From: a virus | Taxonomy: Duplodnaviria > Heunggongvirae > Uroviricota > Caudoviricetes | DNA: 64,000 nucleotides | Strand: one strand, 5' to 3' | Virus record (IMG/VR): IMGVR_UViG_3300026302_000005 | Span: 32,001 to 96,000 of that record | Part shown: piece after piece, positions 29,375 through 39,850 of the stretch | Layout: every line of letters starts with the position of its first letter | Numbering within the stretch: position 1 is the first letter of the stretch | Translations under genes and position numbers: made by a program | The notes under the pieces: model-generated | The model's input: only the letters and a program-made list of their open reading frames with translations | What the model was told of the DNA's origin: nothing | Database searches by the model: none

Positions 29375-32300
29375 GCATACCTACTGAAAACTGCATTGGC
29401 ATTGGCAACCCTACCTCCGTTGTTGGCATGGGCAGCAGCAGGGCGCTCATAATACCGGCTGACCGCCAATGCCGCCTCTGCCACTGTCGTTGCTTGTCGC
29501 AAAGCATTCCCTGCCTGAGATTCTGAACCATTCAACTCATGCACCACAAATCTAACCTGTGCGTCGATACTACCCGGGTCAAGACCTTGACCGCTGGCAA
29601 AGCTGCGAAGTGCAGCCCACCGCTCATTATGCCACTGAGCAATACCGAACGACGTGCCGCCATCACCGACTGCGCCGGTGTTCAGGTTAGGCCCACTCTC
29701 TTGCATGAAGTTTCCTACCAGGCCAGCGGCCTGTTCCGGAGTAAATCCGTTGGCGGTGAAATAGTCGAATGCGATCTTGAGGTGCGCCTCATTCGGCCCA
29801 CCAGTCAGATTGACGGTCGGCTGTGGCGTTGGAGCAGGATAGTTCGATCCCGTGCCATTACCAAGGTTGTCTGAACCGGCTCCACCAACCAGGTTGGTAT
29901 TGCCGCCACCACCCGGTGGGAACGTTGATGCCCCACCGTAAGAGGCAGTTCGCTCGAACATCTCTTCGGCGTAGTTCAGGTGGTTCAGTTTGATACCCTC
30001 GATACTCTGGGTAAACCGACCGTTTTCAAACATAGAGGTCACATCGAGGACCTGATAGAACCCTCCGATGATATTGGGGTGACTGCTACCGTATGGTCGG
30101 CTGGGGTTCATCAGATCGTCCTGATCCGGTGGGAACATCCGGAGATAGATGATTTGTCCACCACGAGGCCGAACCTGAATGGTGTTACTGGGGTTCAGTT
30201 CAGAAACCCCAGCAGCATCATTGATCCTTTGTAGAAGATCGATATCAAGATTCGCATATGGGCTCAACAGCCACACGGGATCACCCCTTACCTTCATCCC
30301 ATTCAGCCGCAACAGGTCCAGGCTGAGGTAGTCACTCATGTAGAGTTCATAATCGTTCCGTCGGGCTTCATCTGGTGATGTGACATCCCCATACAACAGG
30401 GTGTCGGGGTTCTCGTTGAAGCCGCCACCAAGTCGATCAGCACCACGACGGGAATTGGCATTGGATGAACCACTGACATCATAGGCATAGTCACCAAACA
30501 GTCGGTTGATAGTAGTCTCTACCCCAAGGAAGCTCTGGTTTGGATCGAGTATCCGTAGCAAATCAACTGCCCCGGTAGCCCGATCAACGACATCAGATGC
30601 CGAATCTGAGATGGCCGCACCGATGCTACTGGTATCAAGGCGACCGGTGTTCAAGGAGTTATAGTAGAACGCCTTGAGCTTAATGTCGAAGTCGATAACC
30701 TCGGTGTTTTCTTCCGTGTAGATGTAGTTGTAGATGCGACGAAGCATCCCCATCCGGATGATCTCTCGGATACGAAGAAGTTGGTTAGATGGATCAACAT
30801 ACGTGGCGATGTTCTGTCGGTTCACCGGGCCATGTTTGAACGTCAGGTAAGGCTCGATCACATACTGGTGAGTGATCTCAACATAATCGTTGAGGGATGC
30901 ATCTTTGGTAACTGCACCATTGGGGTTACCATAGATCGTGTTGAACCGAACGCAGAATGCCACCCTGGGAATCAGGAATGCGTCATTGTTGGAGTCGGCA
31001 TTGAACAACTCCTGTCCCACCAGGGTATTGGCAATCGATCCACGAAGCATCGTCATGATGTCCACGTCTCGACCAGACGAGATGATGTGGTTGGGATCGG
31101 TATCGTCGTATATCAACTGGTTGGTCTTGAGGAACACGTTGACGTCGAATGGGGACTCCAGCAACATGGTCGGAGCATAGAACTCATAATGCCGAACAAG
31201 CTGACCTTGGGTTCGCTCCGTTTTGGCCGCATTCAAAGCTGTGCTCAACGACAACAGGAATTCACGGAACGTGGTTCCGGAGGCAAGCGATCCGGCGTCC
31301 AACACGAAGTCTTCGGGACGATATGCATGGTGTCCAGCCGGAACCAGATCAACCTCATACAGGGTGCCACTGGACGTGACTTCGGCTTCGATCTGGCTGA
31401 TCGCCATGATCGAACTGATCGTCTTGATCCCACGACCATTACTGACGTCGATCTGCTCAGTCCACTGACCGGAATCCTGGTCATAACCGGAGAAAGAGAC
31501 ATCGACCCGATATAGGATGCGACCCGGGTTGATATCGGTGTATCCTAGCTGGATCGCAGTATCACGGATATCCTCGTGTAGTCGGAACCCGTGGGGTTCG
31601 GCGATCCGCATCTTCATCGACAGCATGGTGCTGATCAACGGGTTGTTTTCGGATGGCTCAGTGAGGTTTTTGACCGTCAGGCTGGCAATATTGTAGTAGT
31701 TCCGTTGTGTCTTGGTTCCAGACACCAATGGATTATTGGTGAGAGCTTCACCTGTGCTGGCCAGAGTTACCGAGCCGTCGGCCCGGTTTTGGGATTTCAT
31801 CGTGTTGATGTCAACCTGTGTGGACTGAGCATTGAACCCACCACGCTGATATGCCAGAGCCGCATCCTGTGTGATCATGGTCAAAGAGATATGATATTGC
31901 ACATCCATGTAGCAGTTCAATGGATTGTCATGAACGACCTCGGCTCCAGGACCGATCACGATGTCCAGGCCATTAACCGTAATCGGGGTGGTTTGACTTG
32001 CCAGGGAATTCAGTTCGGCCAGACGAGTGGCATTGATCAGGAAGCTTTGGAACTTACCGTTGATTTCAGCCAACAGGTATGGGTCATCGGGATCGGTCAC
32101 ACCGCGATCCTCACGTTCCCGACGATATGCTGCAATCTCTTCACGAAGGAGGATCAGTGAATCGATTAGGGCCTGTCGCTCTCTAGCTTCTGCCTCTGAC
32201 AGACCGCGTGGGTCGGACTGTCCGATAATGACATCTCGGGGGGTTGATCCACGGATAGCCTCTGCGGCAGCAACAATGTCTTCATACGTGTTGGCCCGGT

Positions 32301-32460
32301 CGATGGACTCCAGGAAATCATAGGAGAAGCCCCGACGGATCATGTCGGCATAGGCTGACATAGAGAAGCTGGCACCAAGAGAGTTGACGTTATAGGGTCC
32401 GCTCAGATACCCGAACGGATTAGGACCAACGCTGAACGTATTGACGCCACCACAACTCAT
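29371..32460 (-). CDS. Baseplate hub protein with C-terminal phage tail lysozyme (Phage_lysozyme2-like) domain
   Basis: MKVRGDPVWL and GFYQVLDVTSMFENGRFTQ hub motifs; C-terminal AAGLVGNFMQES...GIAQW..ER...YYERP; start at ATG 32460 (ATGA overlap). Confidence 0.8.
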   Translation of the reverse strand: MSCGGVNTFSVGPNPFGYLSGPYNVNSLGASFSMSAYADMIRRGFSYDFLESIDRANTYEDIVAAAEAIRGSTPRDVIIGQSDPRGLSEAEARERQALIDSLILLREEIAAYRREREDRGVTDPDDPYLLAEINGKFQSFLINATRLAELNSLASQTTPITVNGLDIVIGPGAEVVHDNPLNCYMDVQYHISLTMITQDAALAYQRGGFNAQSTQVDINTMKSQNRADGSVTLASTGEALTNNPLVSGTKTQRNYYNIASLTVKNLTEPSENNPLISTMLSMKMRIAEPHGFRLHEDIRDTAIQLGYTDINPGRILYRVDVSFSGYDQDSGQWTEQIDVSNGRGIKTISSIMAISQIEAEVTSSGTLYEVDLVPAGHHAYRPEDFVLDAGSLASGTTFREFLLSLSTALNAAKTERTQGQLVRHYEFYAPTMLLESPFDVNVFLKTNQLIYDDTDPNHIISSGRDVDIMTMLRGSIANTLVGQELFNADSNNDAFLIPRVAFCVRFNTIYGNPNGAVTKDASLNDYVEITHQYVIEPYLTFKHGPVNRQNIATYVDPSNQLLRIREIIRMGMLRRIYNYIYTEENTEVIDFDIKLKAFYYNSLNTGRLDTSSIGAAISDSASDVVDRATGAVDLLRILDPNQSFLGVETTINRLFGDYAYDVSGSSNANSRRGADRLGGGFNENPDTLLYGDVTSPDEARRNDYELYMSDYLSLDLLRLNGMKVRGDPVWLLSPYANLDIDLLQRINDAAGVSELNPSNTIQVRPRGGQIIYLRMFPPDQDDLMNPSRPYGSSHPNIIGGFYQVLDVTSMFENGRFTQSIEGIKLNHLNYAEEMFERTASYGGASTFPPGGGGNTNLVGGAGSDNLGNGTGSNYPAPTPQPTVNLTGGPNEAHLKIAFDYFTANGFTPEQAAGLVGNFMQESGPNLNTGAVGDGGTSFGIAQWHNERWAALRSFASGQGLDPGSIDAQVRFVVHELNGSESQAGNALRQATTVAEAALAVSRYYERPAAAHANNGGRVANANAVFSRYA

Positions 32461-32765
32461 AGGATACTCCGGATGTAGTGTGGGGCCGGGATGTAAAAGG
32501 GCACTCCCATTTTGAGATCGTATACCGGGTCCTGCCATCCATTACGAACCCCAAACACCCACCAGAGGTCAGGATCGGAATAGATGTCGTTGGCCAATCG
32601 ATCTGGTCTGGACACGTAGATTTGATTGTCCATGGTTACCAGAACATCATCCTGTTGTTCGGCGATCTGCCGATGCACGTAGTAGCCCATGAAGGCACCG
32701 GTAACCGGGGTTACTCGGTATGGAGATGCTGCTGCATATGACGGGGTATAATTCTGAACCGGCAT
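32457..32765 (-). CDS. Baseplate wedge protein (gp53/LysM-like)
   Basis: RPDRLANDIYSDPDLWWVF..RN motif; start MPVQNY at 32765. Confidence 0.85.
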   Translation of the reverse strand: MPVQNYTPSYAAASPYRVTPVTGAFMGYYVHRQIAEQQDDVLVTMDNQIYVSRPDRLANDIYSDPDLWWVFGVRNGWQDPVYDLKMGVPFYIPAPHYIRSIL

Positions 32766-32766
32766 G

Positions 32767-33600
32767 TTAGAATGCTCCCGAGGTGCTGAATGAAGTGTTG
32801 GTCCCCGGCGTCCCCGAGTTGATCTGATGGAATGTGCCATTACCACGAGACAGCATGGCACCGGACCAGTAATCATCGAGGGAGAAGTTCGTCCAGTAGG
32901 CCGGGGCATGCTGAACAATCAGACTGATCGAACTGACCGTGAACTTGACAGGAAGCCAGGTATACTTACCAGATGCACTTCTATTGGTTTGAAGAGTGCC
33001 CGTGGCGAACTCCTCCGTGCCGGGTTCCGGAACACCAACGTAATCGATGTCATTGGGGAATGACCAGTCAGCCTTCTCCATCAGGCAGGGAACACGGTTG
33101 AACGCATAGTTTCCATAGGCGGAAAACCACATCGGGCTTGGGGGACGACCGGATTTGAATCGACCGAAGTCCATGAAGCTGTAGCTGCGGAAGAAATGGA
33201 GGACCGACAACATATAGACGGCGTTTGAAAACGTGTCCGCTGTCCACACGGCATCCGAGATGGTGATTCGAACGTTATCGGTGCTTTTGTATGCATTGAA
33301 CGATTCGTTCGTATGTGTCAGTTCGATGGCATCGTATTTGACGTTGATCCCCTCGGAGATCGAGGGATTGTAGGGGAAAATCACACCACCGGTTTGGATA
33401 ACCGGGGACAGTGGATGGGCTGCTGCAAGGGCCCCACTGGCAACTGGAAATTGGAACGGAGTTAGCATCGCGTAAACGTGTTCGAACGCATATGACAGAG
33501 ATGAACTCGCAAATCCGTCATCCTGTTCGGATTCCAGTTCAATATCCGACAACAGCGATCCCGTGGTCAGGGCGGTGGTATAGGTGGACGTATCTGTCAT
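32767..33600 (-). CDS. Baseplate/tail-tube initiator-like protein (gp48/gp54-like)
   Basis: GVIFPYNPSI...THTN...HFFRS...GRPP...FSAYG...FNRVP...DYV; TAAATA motif upstream. Confidence 0.7.
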   Translation of the reverse strand: MTDTSTYTTALTTGSLLSDIELESEQDDGFASSSLSYAFEHVYAMLTPFQFPVASGALAAAHPLSPVIQTGGVIFPYNPSISEGINVKYDAIELTHTNESFNAYKSTDNVRITISDAVWTADTFSNAVYMLSVLHFFRSYSFMDFGRFKSGRPPSPMWFSAYGNYAFNRVPCLMEKADWSFPNDIDYVGVPEPGTEEFATGTLQTNRSASGKYTWLPVKFTVSSISLIVQHAPAYWTNFSLDDYWSGAMLSRGNGTFHQINSGTPGTNTSFSTSGAF

Positions 33601-33734
33601 GTGTATGGTCTCCTCGAATATTTACCGTGGGCCAAGCTTGATTTTTGTGTATTACAGACTAGAGAATCCATCGACTCTCATAGATGTAGATCACCGGGGT
33701 CTAAAAACAACAAAAGAGTGGGAACAGACACTAC

Positions 33735-34406
33735 ATGACGACGATTAAGCCCCCCAAGGACTACCTGCACAACTCCAACCTTCTCAGAGAGATTTTACTG
33801 AGTCAGAAAGAACAAGAGCGGTTTCCGGAAGAAGAGCGGGATGATCGGGCAGTAGAGTGCCTGACCCCCACCCTGGTTCGGATGATCATGGAGCTTGTAT
33901 CCCGTTACGCGACCAGTTACAGATGGCGGGGTTACACATGGATCGAGGACATGGAATCGGAAGCGGTTCTGAGTTTGTGCCGGGTGGCATTGAAGTTCAA
34001 TCTGGAGAAAGCCGGAGAATATCCCAACCCGTTCGGTTACTATACCCAGATCGTCAAGCGGGTGTTTTTGACCTACATCGAGCGTGAGAAGAAGCAGGGT
34101 AAGATACGAGATGATATCATCGAGATGTCAGACACCGATCTCCTCCCATCATTTGCTCGACAGAACGAGGGGGAAGATAGCCAACTGGATGGCACACAGG
34201 CTGTCGTAGCCGATCCCAAACTCCGCCGTCGATCAACCATGAAGAAGATCAAGGTTACCAAAGAGGACGATACCTCGAACATGACCGCAGCCGAACAGAA
34301 AGCCTGGATGGACAAGAAGATCGGTGAGTTCCGGGAAAAGCAGGAAGCGGATGCCCGAATAGCAGCCATGACGCAAGACATCATTGATAACCGAAAAGAC
34401 AGTTGA
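33735..34406 (+). CDS. Late-transcription sigma factor (T4 gp55-like)
   Basis: YLHN..LL; WRGYTWIEDMESEA; KFN.EK..NPFGYYTQI...F...IEREKKQ; lies next to gp47/gp46 as in T4-like phages. Confidence 0.9.
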   Translation: MTTIKPPKDYLHNSNLLREILLSQKEQERFPEEERDDRAVECLTPTLVRMIMELVSRYATSYRWRGYTWIEDMESEAVLSLCRVALKFNLEKAGEYPNPFGYYTQIVKRVFLTYIEREKKQGKIRDDIIEMSDTDLLPSFARQNEGEDSQLDGTQAVVADPKLRRRSTMKKIKVTKEDDTSNMTAAEQKAWMDKKIGEFREKQEADARIAAMTQDIIDNRKDS

Positions 34407-34431
34407 CAAGCATCTGGTGATAGACTAGACC
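34403..34431 (+). promoter_or_regulatory. Sigma70-like promoter
   Basis: TTGACA-17 nt-TAGACC upstream of an AGGAGG SD. Confidence 0.45.
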
Positions 34432-34453
34432 ATCCTCAAAAGGAGGACCTGTC

Positions 34454-34801
34454 ATGAGCCCTGTTTTCTCAGAAGTCCACGCAGACATCAAGCTACTCGC
34501 CACATCCGTATTCATCTCCGGGATGGCATATGGATCAGGTGCCATCAGTTGGCTGAACGACTGGTTTCTGGCATCCACGACCCTACCACGGGAAATCGAC
34601 AACGTGTGGATCATCGGGTTCATCGTGGCCCTGTTCATGATGATCATCCGCAGAACCACCAGCCCCCGCAAAGATCAATCCTATGAGATGCCGGAAATGG
34701 TGGTCGATGGCATTCTGGCATTCTCGTGGCCCGGAACCCTCATGGTGATGTTTGTCGCGATGTTCGGCCAAGCCCCACTCCGTCACTTCGAAGCGAACTG
34801 A
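34454..34801 (+). CDS. Small membrane protein
   Basis: Strong SD; about three hydrophobic segments. Confidence 0.7.
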   Translation: MSPVFSEVHADIKLLATSVFISGMAYGSGAISWLNDWFLASTTLPREIDNVWIIGFIVALFMMIIRRTTSPRKDQSYEMPEMVVDGILAFSWPGTLMVMFVAMFGQAPLRHFEAN

Positions 34802-34802
34802 T

Positions 34803-35849
34803 ATGCCGTTGTTCAAGACTGCTGCCGTATTCGGCGATATCCATTTTGGTGATCGTTCCGATAGTCCGGTCCACAACCAGGACTGTATGAATTACATCGA
34901 TTGGTTCTGTGAGCAGGCAGCAGCCGCCGAAGCCGACCGCATCCTGTTCCTGGGTGATTGGTTCGACAACCAATCGCGTCTCCGCCTGGATACCCACTAC
35001 TACGGAACAACCGCCTTGAAGCGGCTGCTTGAGGTCGCACCGGTCGAGATGCTGGTGGGTAACCATGACATGTTCTTCAAGCACTCCCGTGACATTCACT
35101 CCATATGTGCCTATGAGATGTGGCCGAACGTCCGGGTCCACAACCGATGCACCATCCTGGATGGGGTTGGATTGGTTCCATTCCTGGTTGGGACCGAGTA
35201 TCTGGAAGTCATCCAGATGGAAGCCAAATATCTGTTCGGACATTTCGAGCTTCCTCGGTTCTTGACAAACGCAACCATCGAATTCCGCGACACCGGACAG
35301 TTCAACTCCGATCAACTGATGGCACCCGAGATGGTGTTCTCCGGCCACTTCCACAAACGCCAGGTCAAGACCAACCGGACTGGGGTGCCAGTCTGGTATA
35401 TCGGCAACCCGTTCGGCCATGACTTCAATGATGTTGGTGACACTGAGCGTGGGATGATGGTGCTTCGGTGGGGTGAGCAACCGCAGTTCATCGACTGGCA
35501 GCAAGGCCCGCTCTATCAACGCTTCATCGCCAGCGATGTGGTGTCTATGCTGGAGAGCAAGACTCTGCAAGAGAATACCCGGCCAACCAGCATCCTGGAA
35601 ATCAAGGACGATGTTGGTCTGGAACTGGAAGATGTGAACCTGATTCGTCAAGAACTATCTCTGTTGGTTCGTGAAACCCGACTGATTCCCCGCAGCAATA
35701 CCGCTGGTATTGAGGATAGCGACGTGGTATCCGATCTCAACGGACAGAGCTTGGAAGATATCGTGGTTGGACAACTCGAAAAGATCGATCCGCATGGTTC
35801 TGACATCGATCCCAAGGTCCTTGTCGGCTTGTTCAAGGGTGATCGCTGA
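34803..35849 (+). CDS. Recombination endonuclease subunit (gp47/SbcD/Mre11-like)
   Basis: Metallophosphoesterase motifs GDIHFG, LGDWFD, VGNHD, FGHFE, FSGHFH. Confidence 0.93.
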   Translation: MPLFKTAAVFGDIHFGDRSDSPVHNQDCMNYIDWFCEQAAAAEADRILFLGDWFDNQSRLRLDTHYYGTTALKRLLEVAPVEMLVGNHDMFFKHSRDIHSICAYEMWPNVRVHNRCTILDGVGLVPFLVGTEYLEVIQMEAKYLFGHFELPRFLTNATIEFRDTGQFNSDQLMAPEMVFSGHFHKRQVKTNRTGVPVWYIGNPFGHDFNDVGDTERGMMVLRWGEQPQFIDWQQGPLYQRFIASDVVSMLESKTLQENTRPTSILEIKDDVGLELEDVNLIRQELSLLVRETRLIPRSNTAGIEDSDVVSDLNGQSLEDIVVGQLEKIDPHGSDIDPKVLVGLFKGDR

Positions 35850-37741
35850 TGTATGATCGTATCCAATTCAATACCGTGACCATTCAGAACTTTCTGTCGT
35901 TCGGGCCCAACCCAACGGTGATCGATCTGCGTGGGGATCACATCACGGTGGTTCTCGGACTGAACCACGACACCGGTGGGGATGAGTCCCGCAACGGCGT
36001 GGGAAAATCGGCACTGATCGATGCCATCAGCTATTGCATCTTCGGTCAGTCTGTCCGTGGTATCAGCAACCAGGCACTGGTCAACAAGATGGCCCGCAAG
36101 GGTCAGGGTATGCTGGTCACGCTGGAACTGGACACCCCATCGGGGTCATTCCGAATCGAGCGGGGTGAGGCTCCCTCGAAGCTGCGGCTGTTCCACAAAG
36201 AGATCGAGAACACCGATAGCTTCCTGGCCCGTGATGGCACCAAATTCATCTACGAGGTCACCAAGAGCAAAGCAGAGACCCTGGACGTCATCAAGGACAT
36301 CCTGGGCTTCGACATCACCCTGTTCAGCTTTCTGGTCGCCAACTCATCCGAATCAGATGCGTTCATGAAACTCCCCGAGGGGCAGAAGCGAGAGGTCGCT
36401 GAACGTCTCATGGGGCTCAACCTTCTGACGCAGCGGGCAGAAGCTCTCAAAGAGGATCGCAAGGACAAGAAGCGTGATCTGGTGGCACAGGAGTCGGCTG
36501 TTGAAGCCACCCGACAGGCCAACCGTCGGATCGAGCAGCAAATCCAGGACCTACAGGACAAAGAGCGTCGGTGGGATGAAGATCGTTCCCGGCAAATGGA
36601 TACGATCCTGAGCTACATCAACAAGATGTCGGCGGTTGATATCCAAGAACAGATCGAACTGCTTGAGATGCTGACCGAGTTGGATGGCGAAACCAAGCGG
36701 GTGGCCGCAAGCCGCCGAGAAGCCAACATGAAGCTGACCGAGGCTCGTCGAAATCTGTCAGACCTGGATAGAGAGATCACCGAAGCGGCAAATCGTATGC
36801 ATCAGATCGGGGCTGAAAAGCGCAAGATCGAAGCATGCATCTGTCCTACGTGTAACCAGCACTGGGTGGCAGACCCATCGGTGTTGGAGAAGATCAATGC
36901 CGAGATCGACGATCTCAGCGATCTGTCCGAAGAGTCGGTTGGAATTCTAGATAAGGCCCGTGAAGACGTTGCGGCTGCGGATGACGTGGTGAAGCAGATC
37001 GACCTGGAAGATGCCGGTATCAAAGAGATGCTGCAAGAGGCCAAGGGGTTCACGCCGGTATTCCGGGACGTGGCCGAAGCCAGTGCCGTTGGTGCCAAAC
37101 TGGAATCCCAGCGTGAGTTACTGGCACAGCTTGAAGCCGCAGCAAACCCCCACTCGGATACCGTCAAGGGTCTCAACACCCATGCCATCAAACAGGTAGA
37201 CGACACCGAGGTCCAGGACCTACGTCGGTTGATTCGGCACTACGATTACCTGATCGAACTACTGCAATCCAAAGACAGCTTCCTGCGTAAGGTGGTCATC
37301 GATCAGTGGCTACCCAGACTGAATGGCCGTATCGCCCACTATCTGGAAACCCTGGAACTACCTTACACGGTGAGGTTGGAAAACGACCTATCCATGACGA
37401 TTTCAGACTTCGGTCAGGAATTCGTCTGGGGTAACCTCAGCAAGGGACAGCGGCAACGGGTGACCATCGCGTTGAACCTGGCGTTCCAGGACCTGTTTGA
37501 GGCAACCAACCACCCGCTCAGTCTGTTGATGATCGACGAACTGATTGACTCCGGTATCTGCAATCGTGGGGCCAATCAGACCCTGTTGGCTCTTCGGGAG
37601 TCGGCAGCACAGAAAAACAAGCGGATATTCTTGATCACCCACCGTATGGACATCGCCGACCAGATCGATGATGTTATGCTGGTGGAGATGAAAAACCGAA
37701 TCAGTAGTATCGCACAAATCGGAGATGATGATGAGTCTTAG
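35849..37741 (+). CDS. Recombination ATPase subunit (gp46/SbcC/Rad50-like)
   Basis: IQNFLSFG, Walker A NGVGKS, coiled coil with CPTC zinc hook, LSKGQ signature, IDELID, ITH. Confidence 0.95.
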   Translation: MYDRIQFNTVTIQNFLSFGPNPTVIDLRGDHITVVLGLNHDTGGDESRNGVGKSALIDAISYCIFGQSVRGISNQALVNKMARKGQGMLVTLELDTPSGSFRIERGEAPSKLRLFHKEIENTDSFLARDGTKFIYEVTKSKAETLDVIKDILGFDITLFSFLVANSSESDAFMKLPEGQKREVAERLMGLNLLTQRAEALKEDRKDKKRDLVAQESAVEATRQANRRIEQQIQDLQDKERRWDEDRSRQMDTILSYINKMSAVDIQEQIELLEMLTELDGETKRVAASRREANMKLTEARRNLSDLDREITEAANRMHQIGAEKRKIEACICPTCNQHWVADPSVLEKINAEIDDLSDLSEESVGILDKAREDVAAADDVVKQIDLEDAGIKEMLQEAKGFTPVFRDVAEASAVGAKLESQRELLAQLEAAANPHSDTVKGLNTHAIKQVDDTEVQDLRRLIRHYDYLIELLQSKDSFLRKVVIDQWLPRLNGRIAHYLETLELPYTVRLENDLSMTISDFGQEFVWGNLSKGQRQRVTIALNLAFQDLFEATNHPLSLLMIDELIDSGICNRGANQTLLALRESAAQKNKRIFLITHRMDIADQIDDVMLVEMKNRISSIAQIGDDDES

Positions 37742-38003
37742 AATCCAGTTTCTGGGATATGCAGTAGTCGCTGTGGGGTTCACCGCATTTGGCTATGTGG
37801 GTGGACAGTATGATCTTCGGAATGGTCCAGACCACCTGGTAGACCCGGACCAGTATGAGGTCATGATCGGTCCCGAGGATACGCCGGAATGCCAAATCAC
37901 GGCAACCCTGTCGGTATGGGCTGATATGAACCGGATGGGAACCTGGAAGTGGCCAGTAGCGTGTGTGGCCGCGTTGGAAGAGCTTGGAGAGGATGACCTA
38001 TGA
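37731..38003 (+). CDS. Small secreted/membrane hypothetical protein
   Basis: N-terminal hydrophobic segment; GGAG SD. Confidence 0.6.
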   Translation: MSLRIQFLGYAVVAVGFTAFGYVGGQYDLRNGPDHLVDPDQYEVMIGPEDTPECQITATLSVWADMNRMGTWKWPVACVAALEELGEDDL

Positions 38004-38575
38004 CCGATATCACCCACACGATCACCGTCAAAACCCAGACCGTATATTCGATTCGCAACCAGCATGAGTGGGCCGATATCTCCATCAGCCATGGCAGTAA
38101 ATCCAATGGTATGCATCCATGCAACTGGGTCCACGTGACCATTGCATCCTCGTTCCGTGCGATGTCGTATTTCTGGAACAACATCGGCTCCCAACACTGG
38201 GCGGATTTCCTACACGATCCTCGTGAGAAGTCCTACATGATGGAGAAGCTGATAGGAAGTCGTGAGAGTATGCAGGACTGGGATGGCCCTGGCTCCATGG
38301 AGGCGGCTCGCAGCTATCTCCTGGAGCAGCGGAAGCAAACCAACATCACCCGGTGTGAAGCCCGTGATGCATGGGATGATCTATCCTGGGTCGATACCGA
38401 GTTGGGCCCCGATATGTTTGTAGATCAGCTTGGTCGGGTTGAGTTCTTTCGTGATGAACCGTGGTGTTGGCTTCGCTACAAAGAGAAGCCGTGGATCGAT
38501 AACTTCTGGAAAACATTGTGGGTTCCGTTCACAACATCTCTGGTTTCAGACCTCCGACTGCGGAATGCCGCCTGA
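38000..38575 (+). CDS. Hypothetical protein
   Basis: 191-aa ORF, ATGA overlap, SD present. Confidence 0.75.
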   Translation: MTDITHTITVKTQTVYSIRNQHEWADISISHGSKSNGMHPCNWVHVTIASSFRAMSYFWNNIGSQHWADFLHDPREKSYMMEKLIGSRESMQDWDGPGSMEAARSYLLEQRKQTNITRCEARDAWDDLSWVDTELGPDMFVDQLGRVEFFRDEPWCWLRYKEKPWIDNFWKTLWVPFTTSLVSDLRLRNAA

Positions 38576-38584
38576 TCTAGCTGC

Positions 38585-38613
38585 TTGACATATCAGGATA
38601 AACCTGGTATAAG
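38585..38613 (+). promoter_or_regulatory. Sigma70-like early promoter
   Basis: TTGACA-17 nt-TATAAG. Confidence 0.75.
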
Positions 38614-38639
38614 AGGACATCCACAGCAGGAGTCCTCTC

Positions 38640-39482
38640 ATGGCGCATCGTGATTTCTCCCTCGGTCACCCCCGGTGGCAGACCAAACCCACCTGCAAGA
38701 TCATCAATGAACGTCAGCACCCCACATCGGGCTGGGTCAGTATCGTCGAGTCGATGATCCCGCAAACCCGCAGGGGTTTCTTCGTATGCGTTCGTGAACA
38801 TCGCCGTTCCCGGGTATTGACGATCATCCAGCCCAAGGTCTGGAAGTGGTCGAATGGGATGGACGACATCGACAAGGCGTTCTTTGCTGAATGGGAAGAC
38901 GGCTGGGGGTTTGATGATGACTTCGCAGCGGCACAAGCCTATCAGCTTCATGTGCTGAATACCGATGATCACCCGGGCACCCCACAGGTCATCGCGGTCA
39001 GAAGTCGTGCAGTGGATTCTCAGCGATCCAAAGTCTACGCATGGGAAAAGCCCTTCTACCGGTCGGGCTCGCAGCGGATGACCAAGGCCGAGATGACGGC
39101 GTTCATCCAACAGATCGAGGCGGATTTCCATGGGGTATCGCAGTTCAAGAAACTGCGGGTTCGGCTATCCTTCAACCGGCGTGGTGGAAGCTTCCAACGT
39201 GGTCTGACCGAGGTCAACATCGCTCCCTCTCAGATGAACCGTGATGTTGCCGTCCATGAGATGGCGCATTGGGTGGTATCGAACATGTTCCCGAAGGAAG
39301 AGCACTCCGGGCATGGGTCGATGTTCGTTGGGATTTTCATGCTGATGCTGGAACACTACCAGGGATGCTGCTTGACTGACATGATCAATGCTGCTATCAA
39401 ACAGAAGATCAAGTTCGAGTTTCCGGAAGGTGGTTTGAAGAAATACCTTCACCCGGCAGTGGAAGAAAGGATGGCAGCATGA
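38640..39482 (+). CDS. Zincin-like (SprT-like) metallopeptidase domain protein
   Basis: AVHEMAHW...HSGHG.MF (HExxH plus a third His) in the C-terminal half. Confidence 0.65.
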   Translation: MAHRDFSLGHPRWQTKPTCKIINERQHPTSGWVSIVESMIPQTRRGFFVCVREHRRSRVLTIIQPKVWKWSNGMDDIDKAFFAEWEDGWGFDDDFAAAQAYQLHVLNTDDHPGTPQVIAVRSRAVDSQRSKVYAWEKPFYRSGSQRMTKAEMTAFIQQIEADFHGVSQFKKLRVRLSFNRRGGSFQRGLTEVNIAPSQMNRDVAVHEMAHWVVSNMFPKEEHSGHGSMFVGIFMLMLEHYQGCCLTDMINAAIKQKIKFEFPEGGLKKYLHPAVEERMAA

Positions 39483-39850
39483 CTTCAATCGATGGTGGTC
39501 CAAAACCGACCAAGCTTTATCCAACCACTCCACAGCGCAGCAAGAAGGTATGCGCTAACTGCGTATTCTTCGCCCGATACGATTGGACGATAATCCGGGA
39601 CACGCTCGATAAGCACGGACACTCCGGAGAGACCAAAGACCAGTATTGGAAATCCTTTTCCGGACCGGATGGTCGATGTTTGAAGCGGAACCTCCGGACT
39701 CCCGATACAGACTGGTGTAAAGAATGGTCAGAGCGAGAGCCTCTTACCTATTCGACATGGCCCACATCTATGAGCGAGGCCAGCGAATCCGGACTGTTCA
39801 ACCCGCCCAAGCTGTATGACGGGCCCAAGAAACCCAAGGAGACCAAGTGA
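39479..39850 (+). CDS. Small Cys-motif protein
   Basis: CANCVFF...GRC...DWCKEW. Confidence 0.65.
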   Translation: MTSIDGGPKPTKLYPTTPQRSKKVCANCVFFARYDWTIIRDTLDKHGHSGETKDQYWKSFSGPDGRCLKRNLRTPDTDWCKEWSEREPLTYSTWPTSMSEASESGLFNPPKLYDGPKKPKETK

